Below, piece after piece: positions 1-8,896 of a stretch of DNA of 64,000 nucleotides. How positions within the stretch are numbered: the first letter of the stretch is position 1; every line of letters starts with the position of its first letter. A program made the position numbers and the translations under genes. Where the stretch lies: the NCBI GenBank assembly GCA_965207845.1, contig CBDBNU010000002.1, positions 720,323-784,322 of the forward strand, in the 5' to 3' direction. This DNA comes from Dehalococcoidia bacterium (GTDB lineage: Bacteria > Chloroflexota > Dehalococcoidia > Lucifugimonadales > GCA-2712585). Under the pieces are notes generated by a model. It was not told where the DNA came from. It saw only the letters and a program-made list of their open reading frames with translations, and made no database searches.

Positions 1-796
1 TCCGCGCGTCCCCGTACAGGCCGGTGACGTATTCCCCCTCGGCGGTGTAGATCTGGACGCGGTTGTTGCCGCAATCGGCTACGTACACGTCCCCGTCCGG
101 GTCGACGGCCACGCCGCTGGGTCGCGTGAGGCCGCCCACCCCGGTGTCGGAAGCGCCGAAGATGTTCAGCAGTTCACCGTCCGGGGCGAACTTCTGCACC
201 CGGTCGTTGCCCCAATCGGCAACGTATACGTTGCCGTCGTTGTCCACGTGGATGCCGTAGGGCATATTCAGCTGACCGGGGCCGGAACCGGCTTCGCCCC
301 AGGTCTCCAGGTGGTTGCCGGACCTGTCGAAGCGCTGAATCCGGTTGTTGCGGCTCTCCGCGATGACAACATTTCCGTCGGGGTCGAAGCGCATTCCGCT
401 GGGTCCGTTCAGCTGACCCGGAGCCGAGCCGGGAGCGCCCCAGCTGCCCAGGTATTCGCCCTCGGTGGTGTAGGTGGAAACGCGGTTGCGCCATTCGTCG
501 GCCTGCAGGACCCGCCCGCCGGCCAGGTCGAGCACGAGGGCCGAGGGCCAGACGATTTCGCGTTCCCCGGTGTCCTCGGAGCGGACGTTGAGGATGAGGG
601 CGTCGTCTTCGAGATTCCACCGCACCCAGCCCTGACCCCTGCCGGGGCGGGCGCCGGGCTCGCTGGCGCGGCACGATACGAAGATCTGTCCCGGCTCTCC
701 CAGGGCCATGTCCACGGGGCCGGAAAAGGCGGTCAGCATGCCAACGTTGTGGCTGTAGCTGTAGGTCCGCTCAACGGCAATCTTTGTTAGGGCCAC
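1..796 (-). CDS. NHL-repeat beta-propeller protein (N-terminal part; gene runs off the left edge of the window)
   Basis: Own minus-strand translation (absent from the ORF track because it is truncated): ...GSWGAPGSAPGQLNGPSGMRFDPDGNVVIAESRNNRIQRFDRSGNHLETWGEAGSGPGQLNMPYGIHVDNDGNVYVADWGNDRVQKFAPDGELL... This is a repeated GxGQLxxPxGhxxDxxGNhhVADxxNxRhQ pattern typical of NHL repeats. In-frame GTG at 796 with GGAG about 8 nt upstream. Confidence 0.7.
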   Translation of the reverse strand, partial: MALTKIAVERTYSYSHNVGMLTAFSGPVDMALGEPGQIFVSCRASEPGARPGRGQGWVRWNLEDDALILNVRSEDTGEREIVWPSALVLDLAGGRVLQADEWRNRVSTYTTEGEYLGSWGAPGSAPGQLNGPSGMRFDPDGNVVIAESRNNRIQRFDRSGNHLETWGEAGSGPGQLNMPYGIHVDNDGNVYVADWGNDRVQKFAPDGELLNIFGASDTGVGGLTRPSGVAVDPDGDVYVADCGNNRVQIYTAEGEYVTGLYGDAR

Positions 797-851
797 TAGA
801 TTAACTCCATTGTTGAAAGATAGGCTCGGCTGATGCCACGTGATGCCACGG

Positions 852-2270
852 CTAGCAGAACTGGTACTCACGGGTGGCGGCGATCAGTTGCATCACCTCG
901 GCAACGCGCCGCCCGAAGGCTGCCCTGTCCTCTTCCGTGGAGCCGCGGGCGATTACCTGGTCCGTGCGGAAGTGGCTCATGATCTCATCCTTGGTGTTCT
1001 GCCCGAGTGTCACACAGCCAAGCAGCTCCAGGCAGGCGTCTACAAGGTCGCTGGGGGTGAAGGAATGCTTCCGGGCCAGCCGGTTGACGATGGCGTCTAT
1101 GCCCGGTGTGGAAACGTCGCTGAGGCTGTCCGCCATGAAGTTCACGCGACGGATGAGCGCACCGGTATCGATCCACTCCTGGCCGTAGTGCCAGCCCTCC
1201 ACGCTGGGCGGGTCGGTCAGCGCCTGCCCCTGGTAGCCGCACTCCAGCGCGAGACTCAGCATTCCCGGCCGCATCGTCTGGTATTCGCCGGTGAGACGCG
1301 CAGTGCTGGCGACGATCTCTGCCGGACTCTTCACGCGGGCGAACCAGGCGCTTTCGTCCTTGAAGAAGTCGGAGTTGAAGATGAACCGCAGAGTCGTGCG
1401 TATGTCGTAGCCGGAGTTGACGAAGGTCTCGGCAATGGCGTCGACAGCTGCCGGGTCTCGAGGCTCTTCGTCCTTCCATCTGGGCACCTGAATCTCGTCG
1501 GCAACGAAGAAGTTATAGAGATGACGCGCCACGAATCGGGCGGTGGCGGGCTGCTGGACGATGATGTCGATGATGTCCTCGCCGTTGAAGCGACCCGAAT
1601 GGCCCAGGAAGGTCTTCTCGCCGTTGTCGTGGTCTTGGGGGAGATAGAGGAACTCCCAGGTGTCCAGGCAGAGGAAGGGGTCCTTCGGCAGCTTGGGCTT
1701 GATGGTCCAGCCCGTGAACGCGCGGGAGGCCTCCCGAACGTCGTCCTCGGTATAATTGCCCTGACCCATCGAAAAGAGTTCCAGCAGTTCCCGGCCCCAG
1801 TTTTCGTTGACGGCGGTCTTGTGGTTCTCGTTGTTGTCGAGCCAGAAGATCATCGCCGGGTCCTTGGAAAGCTTCACCAGCAGCTCCTTGTAGCTGCCCA
1901 TGCCGTACTCGCGGAAGGTGTCCAGTTGGCCGGTCAGTTCGCGGGAGTTCTCCACCTTGGAGTTGCCCGTAGCGAAGATCATGTGCCACAGGAGAGTCAT
2001 CTTCTCCTCCAGCGGACGCCGGGTGGTCAACAGGTAGTACATGAAGGTGAGGGAGCTCTTTTCGGTGCTCGCCTCGGCCTCCGCCAGGGGGTGGTACCTG
2101 TTGAACATGTGAAGGTCCACTTCCGGGATGCCGTGGTCGTCCGGGTTGAGAAGCTCCTCCACGGTTGCTTCGTAGCCGTTGGCGGCGCGGGCTTCCAGCT
2201 CCTCGTAGGAAGCGCCGAAGCCTGCGCGGCGCATCAGGTGGGCCATCAGGGCTATGTCTTTGCTGGGCAT
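852..2270 (-). CDS. DUF1800 domain-containing protein
   Basis: ORF 852..2321. Sequence MPSKDIALMAHLMRRAGFGASYEELEARA... matches the DUF1800 N-terminal motif (RAGFGA). Start moved to the ATG at 2270, which has GGAGGA 8 nt upstream. Confidence 0.8.
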   Translation of the reverse strand: MPSKDIALMAHLMRRAGFGASYEELEARAANGYEATVEELLNPDDHGIPEVDLHMFNRYHPLAEAEASTEKSSLTFMYYLLTTRRPLEEKMTLLWHMIFATGNSKVENSRELTGQLDTFREYGMGSYKELLVKLSKDPAMIFWLDNNENHKTAVNENWGRELLELFSMGQGNYTEDDVREASRAFTGWTIKPKLPKDPFLCLDTWEFLYLPQDHDNGEKTFLGHSGRFNGEDIIDIIVQQPATARFVARHLYNFFVADEIQVPRWKDEEPRDPAAVDAIAETFVNSGYDIRTTLRFIFNSDFFKDESAWFARVKSPAEIVASTARLTGEYQTMRPGMLSLALECGYQGQALTDPPSVEGWHYGQEWIDTGALIRRVNFMADSLSDVSTPGIDAIVNRLARKHSFTPSDLVDACLELLGCVTLGQNTKDEIMSHFRTDQVIARGSTEEDRAAFGRRVAEVMQLIAATREYQFC

Positions 2271-2499
2271 TGCTGTATATCCTCCGGCCGGTGAGGTTAA
2301 TAATTGGTGGCGATTGGGCACACAATCAAGTTTTTAAACATGATAGCACAGAGTCCCAATCTCGTCACCAATGGGAGGGTGGAGAGGGTTATGACCGGCA
2401 TCGGGGTAGTCCGAGGAGATTCTTCTCTTCGGGCAGGACTCATTTGGTGGATGGGAGAAATGAGATTGGAGACTGGAATGCTGCGACTTAGTTGCTAAT

Positions 2500-2632
2500 A
2501 CGAGTGGCAAACGAGTAACTTGTTTCACTAAGATCAGGCGTGACTGAGACTCGTTAGCCAGAACGAGTATCGGGTTGTTTGTGGTCTTCCAGGCGTGGAA
2601 TTGCATGATTCGGGGGGAAATGACTCGTTTCA
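2500..2632. promoter_or_regulatory. Array of AACGAGT/ACTCGTT half-sites (candidate transcription-factor operator cluster)
   Basis: Sites: ACGAGT 2500-2505, AACGAGT 2510-2516, ACTCGTT 2549-2555, AACGAGT 2562-2568 (the last two form a perfect 7-bp inverted repeat with a 6-nt spacer), ACTCGTT 2623-2629. The related 11-mers ACTTGTTTCAC and ACTCGTTTCAC also occur. Lies in the 620-bp divergent intergenic region. Confidence 0.35.
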
Positions 2633-2814
2633 CCGAAAAAGCGGGAATTTTGGATGATCAAATGATAGGCAGTCGCAATATGTTAAGGAAATAGAGTGGA
2701 AGAGGCGTTGAAAGGGTTTGGCAAGCGGATTCATGGGAGAATGATAACGTGACGGGCGATTTCACGGCAACGGAATGTTGTCACAAGGGGAGAAGTGAAA
2801 AGTCGGGTCGTTCC

Positions 2815-2844
2815 TTGACACTGTTTTTGAGCGGGTGCTAGCAT
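2815..2844 (+). promoter_or_regulatory. Candidate sigma70-type promoter for the amidohydrolase gene
   Basis: TTGACA (2815-2820), 18-nt spacer, TAGCAT (2839-2844). About 95 nt upstream of the ATG at 2941. Confidence 0.35.
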
Positions 2845-2940
2845 GGCGTCTATCCCAACCTTGGAACAGATAATTTACCCAACGGAAATAGGGCGGCGAT
2901 GGGGGCTGAATCGGCGTCGCATCGCCAATAGGAGAAAACC

Positions 2941-4119
2941 ATGAACCTTCTCATCAGGAACGTGAGGCTTATTGACGGCAACGGCGGCGACCCCATCCCG
3001 TCGGTGAACGTGGTGGTGGAAAACGGGCTCATCAGCTGGATCGGCGAGGGCAACGTCACGCCTTCGTCCCACCCCCACTACGAGGACATCAACGGCGAGG
3101 ACCTGACCCTCATGCCCGGCACCTTCGACTGCCACGAGCATTTCGCCGGCGACGGCGGCCAGAACGGCGTGATGGCAATGAACGACGAGTCGGAGGAGGT
3201 GCTGCTGGTAAAAGCAGCGGCCAACGCCAAGCGCGCCCTGATGACGGGCCAGACCTCCGCCCGCGACGTTGGTTCCCCCTACGGCATCAGCATTACGCTG
3301 GCGCGGCAGGTGGCCACCGGCGCGCTTCCGGGGCCGCGCATAACCGCCGCGGGACAGTGGATTCAGCGGCCCACCACCTGGCCCTATTCCATGGTCCACA
3401 CCATAGAGACCGCCGAACAGATGCGACAGGTCGTAATGTCCCAGATCGCCCAGGGCGCGGGCCTCATCAAGGTCGGCGCGACGGGCGTCCGGGACGACGG
3501 CACAGACTACGCCACCCTGGGGCCGGAAATCGCCGGCCTCGTGGTGGACCTGGCCCACGTTGCGGGACTGAAGGTCGCCGCCCACTGCACCGGCTTCGTC
3601 GGAGCAACCGAGGCCGTGGAGGCAGGCATCGATTCCATTGAGCACTGCACCAACATCGACGCGCATACGGCGGGCTTGATGGCGGAAAAGGGGACCATTG
3701 CCGTGCCCACCATGTCCACCTGGGACTACCGGCTGGACGCCGCCGTGAGGTGGGGTCTGACCAAGGAGGAGGTCGACGAGTCCGAGTCCCGTAGGGAGGC
3801 CTCCAGGGCCAGCTTCCGCCACATGCTGGAAGCGGGCGTGAAGATTGCCGCCGGTACGGACGCTGGCGGCTCCCCCGTGCGCCACGGGACAATCGTTCAC
3901 GAGATGGAAGTGATGATCGAAGCGGGTTTGACCCCCATGCAGGCCATAATGTCCGCCACTAGCATCGCCGCGGACCTGACAGGGACGCTGGACGAAACGG
4001 GCACGGTGGAGGTCGGCAAGCTGGCGGATCTGATTCTCGTCGACGGCGACCCCCTCTCCGACGTGGGCGCCATCCGAAACGTGTGGGCAGTGTACCAGGG
4101 CGGCCGGAGGATTCGATAA
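2941..4119 (+). CDS. Amidohydrolase family protein (metal-dependent hydrolase)
   Basis: MNLLIRNVRLIDGNGG... then FDCHEHF (HxH metal motif) and AGTDAGG near the C-terminus. AGGAGA RBS 6 nt upstream of the ATG. Confidence 0.85.
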   Translation: MNLLIRNVRLIDGNGGDPIPSVNVVVENGLISWIGEGNVTPSSHPHYEDINGEDLTLMPGTFDCHEHFAGDGGQNGVMAMNDESEEVLLVKAAANAKRALMTGQTSARDVGSPYGISITLARQVATGALPGPRITAAGQWIQRPTTWPYSMVHTIETAEQMRQVVMSQIAQGAGLIKVGATGVRDDGTDYATLGPEIAGLVVDLAHVAGLKVAAHCTGFVGATEAVEAGIDSIEHCTNIDAHTAGLMAEKGTIAVPTMSTWDYRLDAAVRWGLTKEEVDESESRREASRASFRHMLEAGVKIAAGTDAGGSPVRHGTIVHEMEVMIEAGLTPMQAIMSATSIAADLTGTLDETGTVEVGKLADLILVDGDPLSDVGAIRNVWAVYQGGRRIR

Positions 4120-4158
4120 CCGGCGTCGACGAGGCTGCATGGCGAAGGCACGGGGTGG

Positions 4159-4467
4159 TTGACGGTGTCGACTGGGGGTAAATTGCCGAGGCCCTTCAAG
4201 CTGCCGTGGGGCAAGGGCATGGTGGTGGAAGAGGTGTCGGTGGCCCACGAACACTGGCAGCCGACCATTCAGCTGCTGGAGTACGAGGACGGCTCACTGG
4301 GGGTGCGCTTCTGCTTCTATTCGCCCACGGGCCGATTTCGTCGTTCGCCCGCCATCTGGATGGAGGAGGACTTCGACGCCTTCGCCGAAGTGTTGAAGGA
4401 AGCGCCCCGGCTTCAAGCCCTCGTCCAACGCATGGCGGGCGGACCTCAACCGACGGATGCCTGCTAG
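4159..4467 (+). CDS. Hypothetical small protein
   Basis: 102-aa ORF with a TTG start (internal ATG at 4219 is an alternative). Non-repetitive, mixed composition. No recognisable family. Confidence 0.4.
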   Translation: MTVSTGGKLPRPFKLPWGKGMVVEEVSVAHEHWQPTIQLLEYEDGSLGVRFCFYSPTGRFRRSPAIWMEEDFDAFAEVLKEAPRLQALVQRMAGGPQPTDAC

Positions 4468-4493
4468 ATTCTACCCAGGCTGACGAGGACGAC

Positions 4494-5351
4494 GTGGGTC
4501 AGTTGGCTGTTAAAGCGAAATCCGGCGCGGTTTACACCCGTACGCCGCTACGAAGGCTGACGGCTCGGAGCGGCCTCACTTTCCACCTGCGGGAAGCGGC
4601 GCTCATCCTCGGGCTCTGCCTCCTCTACGCCGCGGTCAGCATCCTTCCAAGGGACGGCATCGAACACGTCGCCCGGCAGAACGCCGAAACGCTGATTGCA
4701 TTCGAACGCGGCGTCGGCGTATTCCGGGAGGTGGGGTGGAATGGATGGGTGGCAGGCGTGGGGGGTTGGGTAGCCGCCGCCTTCAGCTGGCTGTACATCC
4801 TCACATTCATGGCGGTGATACCGCTGGCCGCCCTCGCCTACTACGTCGCCGACCGGGGCAGGTACTGCCAGCACAGGAACGTGGTTGTCATAAGCCTTCT
4901 CCTGGCCATCGTCGCCCACGCAATCTTTCCGGTGGCCCCGCCGCGAATGATGACGGAGTTCGGCTTCGTGGATACGATGAAATTCTTCGGCCCCGGCTGG
5001 TATGACATGCGCGACGTAGTCGGCTACTTCAACGCTCACGCCGCGATGCCCAGCCTCCACTTCGCCTGGGCGCTCTTCTTCGGGGTTCTCTTCGTCCGAC
5101 TACGTGGCAAGCTGTTGAAAGTGATGGGCATCGTGTACCCGGCGATTACCCTCGCTTCAATCGTCGTTACCGCCAACCACTACCTGCTGGACGCGGCGGC
5201 GGGAGCGCTGTTGATGGCGCTGGCTTACTGGATACATCACGCCATTGGCAAGACCGCCTCTCTCTCAAAGTGGCGTCCGTCCGTCATAAGGGATACAAAA
5301 GCCTTGCCGTCTCTGGTGAGACGCAGCGAGTCCGTCAAGTCGCGAGGCTGA
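4494..5351 (+). CDS. PAP2 superfamily integral membrane protein
   Basis: ORF 4206..5351, but its first 96 codons overlap ORF 4159..4467 and look non-coding. From the GTG at 4494 the product has multiple TM helices. The C-terminal PSLHFAWA...TANHYLLDAAAGA resembles PAP2_C/inositol-phosphorylceramide-synthase-like motifs. Confidence 0.6.
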   Translation: MGQLAVKAKSGAVYTRTPLRRLTARSGLTFHLREAALILGLCLLYAAVSILPRDGIEHVARQNAETLIAFERGVGVFREVGWNGWVAGVGGWVAAAFSWLYILTFMAVIPLAALAYYVADRGRYCQHRNVVVISLLLAIVAHAIFPVAPPRMMTEFGFVDTMKFFGPGWYDMRDVVGYFNAHAAMPSLHFAWALFFGVLFVRLRGKLLKVMGIVYPAITLASIVVTANHYLLDAAAGALLMALAYWIHHAIGKTASLSKWRPSVIRDTKALPSLVRRSESVKSRG

Positions 5352-5448
5352 CACGGCACTGGTCAGCTTGACACCAATTTCACCGGCTGATAGTTTCGGG
5401 CTGGCCCTTCGGCGCTGCCGCAGGGGTCAACTTTCAGGAGGATTGGGC

Positions 5449-5766
5449 ATGATCTACGACGTTCGGACCTACGATTTGAAGCATGGCAAGGTCAACGACT
5501 ACATGGACGCGGTGAGGGAGGTGGCGCTGCCCCTCCGCAAGGCCTACGGAGTGGAGCTGGCGGGCTGGTTCTACACGATAATCGGGCCCATAACGCAGAT
5601 AATCCACATCTGGCAGTATGAGAGCCTGGCGCACATGGAAGAGGTCAAGGCGAAGGTGGAGGCGGACCCCAAGTGGACCGACGAGTATCTCCCACGAGTG
5701 CAGCCGCTGCTGGTGACGGCCCGCGACCAGATCATGAAGGCGGCAGACTTCGCGCCTCAGGCGTGA
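5449..5766 (+). CDS. NIPSNAP family protein
   Basis: MIYDVRTYDLKHGKVNDYMDAV...IIHIWQYESLAHMEEVKAKVEADPKW is the typical NIPSNAP layout. AGGAGG 7 nt upstream of the ATG at 5449. Confidence 0.8.
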   Translation: MIYDVRTYDLKHGKVNDYMDAVREVALPLRKAYGVELAGWFYTIIGPITQIIHIWQYESLAHMEEVKAKVEADPKWTDEYLPRVQPLLVTARDQIMKAADFAPQA

Positions 5767-5828
5767 GCCGGGGTTAAAGTACGCTTAGCCGCCGCCCGGC
5801 GGTGGGTGGAAATCGCCTACGGTGTCGG

Positions 5829-6053
5829 CTATTTCCGGCGCTTCTTACGAAGCCAACGGTTATACACGAATCCGTAGGCTACGCCGAAAATCGTTCCGAA
5901 TATGAGCGTGTGGCGGACCACCCCGCCCATTGTCAGGTCGTCGCTCAACATGCCGTTGATCACCCCGCTGACAACCCCGGCCGCGAGTCCGACAGGGATG
6001 AACGTCAACAGATCGCGAATCAGCGGTACGCGCGGTTCTTCGTTCATGGCCAT
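5829..6053 (-). CDS. Small membrane protein (two predicted TM helices)
   Basis: 74-aa ORF with hydrophobic segments FIPVGLAAGVVSGVINGM and LIFGTIFGVAYGFVY and a basic tail RKKRRK. Confidence 0.5.
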   Translation of the reverse strand: MAMNEEPRVPLIRDLLTFIPVGLAAGVVSGVINGMLSDDLTMGGVVRHTLIFGTIFGVAYGFVYNRWLRKKRRK

Positions 6054-6059
6054 TGCCCC

Positions 6060-7001
6060 CTAAGCCAGCGGCATCACCCGCTGGGAGAATTCTTCCATCA
6101 CCGCCAACGTCTCCGAAACTTCGTCCCTGCGGAAATCGAAGACCAGGTGGCTCACGCCTGCCTCCGCGAACTCCGCCACGTCCTCCAGAATCTGCTCCGC
6201 AGTCCCCGTGAACGGCTGCGACCTGTCTTCGGCGCTGCCCAGCAAGTATCTCGGCGGCCTGTAGGACACGCCAATGGACGACGGGTCCCTGCCCGCCTTC
6301 TCGGCGTAGCGGGACAGCCGAACCGTCGACCGGCGCATCTGCTCCGCCGTAACCAGCGGAAACCGCGGATTGGAGCCGATGGGATGCCACACGTCGCCCA
6401 GCGCAGCCGCCCGACGCAGCGCCGGCCCGCTCTCTCCGCCTACCCATATTGGCGGATGCGGCTTCTGCACCGGCTTGGGCTCGAACCGGATGTTGGCGAA
6501 GCTGCAATACTTCCCCTGAAAGTTCGGGTCTTCCTGGGTCCACAGCTCCTTGAACGCCAAAAGGTATTCGTTGCCTACGGCGCCCCGTTCCGAAAACGGT
6601 GGAAGCCCCAGGGCTTCGAACTCCTCCCGCAGCCAACCGACGCCTACGCCCACTATCAAGCGCCCCTTCGAAAGCACGTCCATGGTGGCCAGAATCTTCG
6701 CCGTCACCACCGGGTTCCGATGCGGCAGGATGAGCACGCCGGTGCCCAGCCGGATCCGTTCCGTCTTTGCTCCGACGTAGGTGAGCACCGTGAGCTGGTC
6801 CAGCCACTCCCCCGACGCCGCGCCCGTGAATTCGCCCGTAGCGCTGTACGGGTACTCGGAAATGAACGAGTCGGGGATGACCACGTGGTCGCCGACGAAG
6901 GCCGAGTCGAAGCCCAACTCCTCCGCCCGCCGCGCAACCCTCGCCAGATTCTCCGGCGTGGATCCCGGCCCCCGGTTCTGCAAGCTGACGCCAAATTTCA
7001 T
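6060..7001 (-). CDS. LLM-class (luciferase-like) flavin/F420-dependent oxidoreductase
   Basis: MKFGVSLQNRGP...ELGFDSAFVGDHVV...RIRLGTGVLILPHRNPVVTAKILATMDVLSKGRLIVGVGVGW... is characteristic of the luciferase-like monooxygenase family. Confidence 0.85.
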   Translation of the reverse strand: MKFGVSLQNRGPGSTPENLARVARRAEELGFDSAFVGDHVVIPDSFISEYPYSATGEFTGAASGEWLDQLTVLTYVGAKTERIRLGTGVLILPHRNPVVTAKILATMDVLSKGRLIVGVGVGWLREEFEALGLPPFSERGAVGNEYLLAFKELWTQEDPNFQGKYCSFANIRFEPKPVQKPHPPIWVGGESGPALRRAAALGDVWHPIGSNPRFPLVTAEQMRRSTVRLSRYAEKAGRDPSSIGVSYRPPRYLLGSAEDRSQPFTGTAEQILEDVAEFAEAGVSHLVFDFRRDEVSETLAVMEEFSQRVMPLA

Positions 7002-7005
7002 AGTC

Positions 7006-7923
7006 CTAACCTCCCGGTCCCACCGACAGCAGCACTTCCACTCGCACTTCGTCCTCGATGCTCTGCACCGGCCCCACTACCGGCGGCGTAATCTGCAACT
7101 GTTGCCAGGTGAACGTCGTTCTGCCCAGGATGAACACCCGGTCCCCGTCGTCCCGCGCCTCCACGTCAAACACCAACGGCACATTGATCCCTCGAATCTC
7201 CAGGCTTCCTTCCACCTGTGCCGTCACCTCGTCCCCGTCCGCGAACCCGTCTGGCAGATCCGACACCGAAGGCACCGAGAACGTCGCAGTTGGGTAGTCC
7301 GCAAACATCCGCGACCTGACGTATCTGTCCCGGTTTCCCTGGTCACTGGTCATCGAGTGCAGATTGAGCTCTATCAACGTAGCGCCGCCGTCCAGCCGCA
7401 CCTCTCCCGCAAGCACGTCGGTACGCATAACTGCGTCGTTGGGCAGCGAAAGGCGGGCCAGCTTTTCCGTCACCGTAAACGTCGCCTCAGACCCCTCCGA
7501 CACCAGGAACACAATCCCGTCGTACTCACCAATCTGCCGCGACATACCCTCCGAGGTGTCGGCGGCGAGGGGAGTTGCCGTGGCCATGGGCGTGGCCGTC
7601 GCCATCGGTGTTGCCGCCATTGCCGTTGCTGTAGGCATTGGCGTCGCGGTAGCCATGGGGGTTGCGGCCATTGGGGTTGCCGTTGGAAGGGGAGTCGCGG
7701 TAGCCATGGGCGTGGCGGTCGGCACTGCGACAACCGTCTGCGGCGCGGATGGCGGCGGCGTTGCGAACCCCTCCGTGGAAGGCGTCCCGAAACCTTCGTT
7801 GTCGGACACGCCAAACCCCTCCTCCGTAGCCCCGGCGCAACCCGCAATCACCAGGGTCAAGGCCAGCGACGCCAGAATCAACATCGTCCAACCACTCCGC
7901 ATGAAACGCTGAAGTCTATTCAT
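7006..7923 (-). CDS. YceI-like lipoprotein with a Met/Thr/Pro/Ala-rich repeat linker
   Basis: C-terminal two thirds of ORF 7006..8502, starting at the ATG at 7923 (MNRLQRF...). Signal peptide plus lipobox (VIAGC). The C-terminal domain (...TFTVTEKLARLSLPNDAVMRTDVLAGEVRLD...SMTSDQGNRDRYVRSRMF...) resembles YceI. Confidence 0.7.
   Translation of the reverse strand: MNRLQRFMRSGWTMLILASLALTLVIAGCAGATEEGFGVSDNEGFGTPSTEGFATPPPSAPQTVVAVPTATPMATATPLPTATPMAATPMATATPMPTATAMAATPMATATPMATATPLAADTSEGMSRQIGEYDGIVFLVSEGSEATFTVTEKLARLSLPNDAVMRTDVLAGEVRLDGGATLIELNLHSMTSDQGNRDRYVRSRMFADYPTATFSVPSVSDLPDGFADGDEVTAQVEGSLEIRGINVPLVFDVEARDDGDRVFILGRTTFTWQQLQITPPVVGPVQSIEDEVRVEVLLSVGPGG
7564..7722 (-). repeat. Imperfect tandem coding repeat (ATPMAT-type hexapeptide units, about 9 copies)
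   Basis: Protein stretch PTATPMATATPLPTATPMAATPMATATPMPTATAMAATPMATATPMATATPLA. The underlying DNA is an imperfect repeat with an 18-nt period. Confidence 0.7.
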
Positions 7924-8480
7924 ACCGTGCCAACTCCCGTTACCTGAACTATCACAGAATTTCTTGGCGGAAGCTCCAACCGCCCGTCCTCCTGATCGCC
8001 CTGGCCCGCGAGGGCGAATCCCAGCGCGAGGGCGATGGCCGCCGTGGCGAAGGCCAGCCTCCAGGGCAGCGCCCGTCCCATTCGCATGAGGATGAGCGTC
8101 AGCAGCCACGTCACTCCCACGGCGAGGACCGCCAAGGGAAGGATGAAAGACACGGACCTCTCCAGATACGTCTCCAGGGCCAAAGCGGCTGCGATGATGA
8201 TGATGGAGAGGCCCCCCAAGACCACGTTGAAGAACACCAGCCGGCTGTGGCCGCACGCCGACAGCGCCATCCAAAGCAATCCCGCGGCGAACCCAAAGCC
8301 TATCGACGCCAGGGCCACCGACGCAGAGTTGAAGTAGGCGTCGCTCGGCGAAACGAGGGGAATGCTGAATGCAACGGCGACGATTGCCGCAACGGAACCG
8401 GCGAGCAGCCCCGCCGCCGCCGTTCCCGGCTCGTCCGCTAGTACGTCCCTGCGTCTCCCGAAAGGCCCCATTGCCACCAA
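7920..8480 (-). CDS. Integral membrane protein (hypothetical), translationally coupled to the YceI-like gene
   Basis: 186-aa ORF with 5-6 hydrophobic helices. Its stop overlaps the downstream start in an ATGA arrangement (7920-7923). Confidence 0.6.
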   Translation of the reverse strand: MVAMGPFGRRRDVLADEPGTAAAGLLAGSVAAIVAVAFSIPLVSPSDAYFNSASVALASIGFGFAAGLLWMALSACGHSRLVFFNVVLGGLSIIIIAAALALETYLERSVSFILPLAVLAVGVTWLLTLILMRMGRALPWRLAFATAAIALALGFALAGQGDQEDGRLELPPRNSVIVQVTGVGTV

Positions 8481-8601
8481 TTATAACCGCACGACGCCCC
8501 AAAAGGCATCGCCCCCTTTTGTCTGTCTCGCCACCCCCAACCCATACGTCATTGGTCTATACTTGTCGAATTCATTGCCGGTTGACGCCAGGAGGGTTGG
8601 A

Positions 8602-8853
8602 ATGGGCATAGCAGGAATAATCTTCGCCGTTTTGGGCCTGGCCCTAAGCATCATCCCGGCAATCGGGTGGATTCTCACAACCCTTTGCCTCGTGACGGGT
8701 ACGTCGCTTTCCACCGTTGGCCTTTTTATATATCGGAAGGGGACGCAGGACCACAGGACTGCCGTCCTTGGCATTGCGGTTAACGTTGCGATCATCGTCA
8801 TCATGCTCCTCTGGATTTTCGTGTTCCTTGAGTGGGAGGCGCAGGCTGTCTGA
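8602..8853 (+). CDS. Small membrane protein (hypothetical)
   Basis: Start moved to the ATG at 8602 within ORF 8362..8853 (AGGAGGG upstream). MGIAGIIFAVLGLALSIIPAIGWILTTLCLV... gives three hydrophobic helices. Confidence 0.5.
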   Translation: MGIAGIIFAVLGLALSIIPAIGWILTTLCLVTGTSLSTVGLFIYRKGTQDHRTAVLGIAVNVAIIVIMLLWIFVFLEWEAQAV

Positions 8854-8896
8854 CGGTAAGCGTTAGTCTGCGGAGGCTCGATGCATCAACCCAACT

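Noticed and set aside
840-2294. Long antisense ORFs opposite well-supported genes (e.g. 840..2294+, 2875..4254-, 5802..7091+, 11786..13249+, 27298..28155-, 32295..34133-, 51330..52418+, 54497..55525+)
   Set aside because: Their translations are Arg/Gly/Pro/Ala/His-rich low-complexity sequence typical of shadow frames in high-GC DNA. Each lies opposite a gene with clear family motifs and an RBS.
2845-2940. A riboswitch in the 95-nt leader of the amidohydrolase gene (GGCGATG...CATCGCC hairpin, superficially fluoride/crcB-like GGCGAUGG)
   Set aside because: It lacks the other conserved crcB elements (the AACCGCC and CUGAUGA segments). I could not match any other riboswitch consensus from memory. 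It needs an Rfam scan before any claim.
7006-8502. A single 498-aa ORF
   Set aside because: The N-terminal 193 residues are Arg/Gly-rich shadow sequence overlapping a convincing membrane-protein ORF in another frame (7920..8480). The real product starts at the ATG at 7923 with a signal peptide and lipobox.
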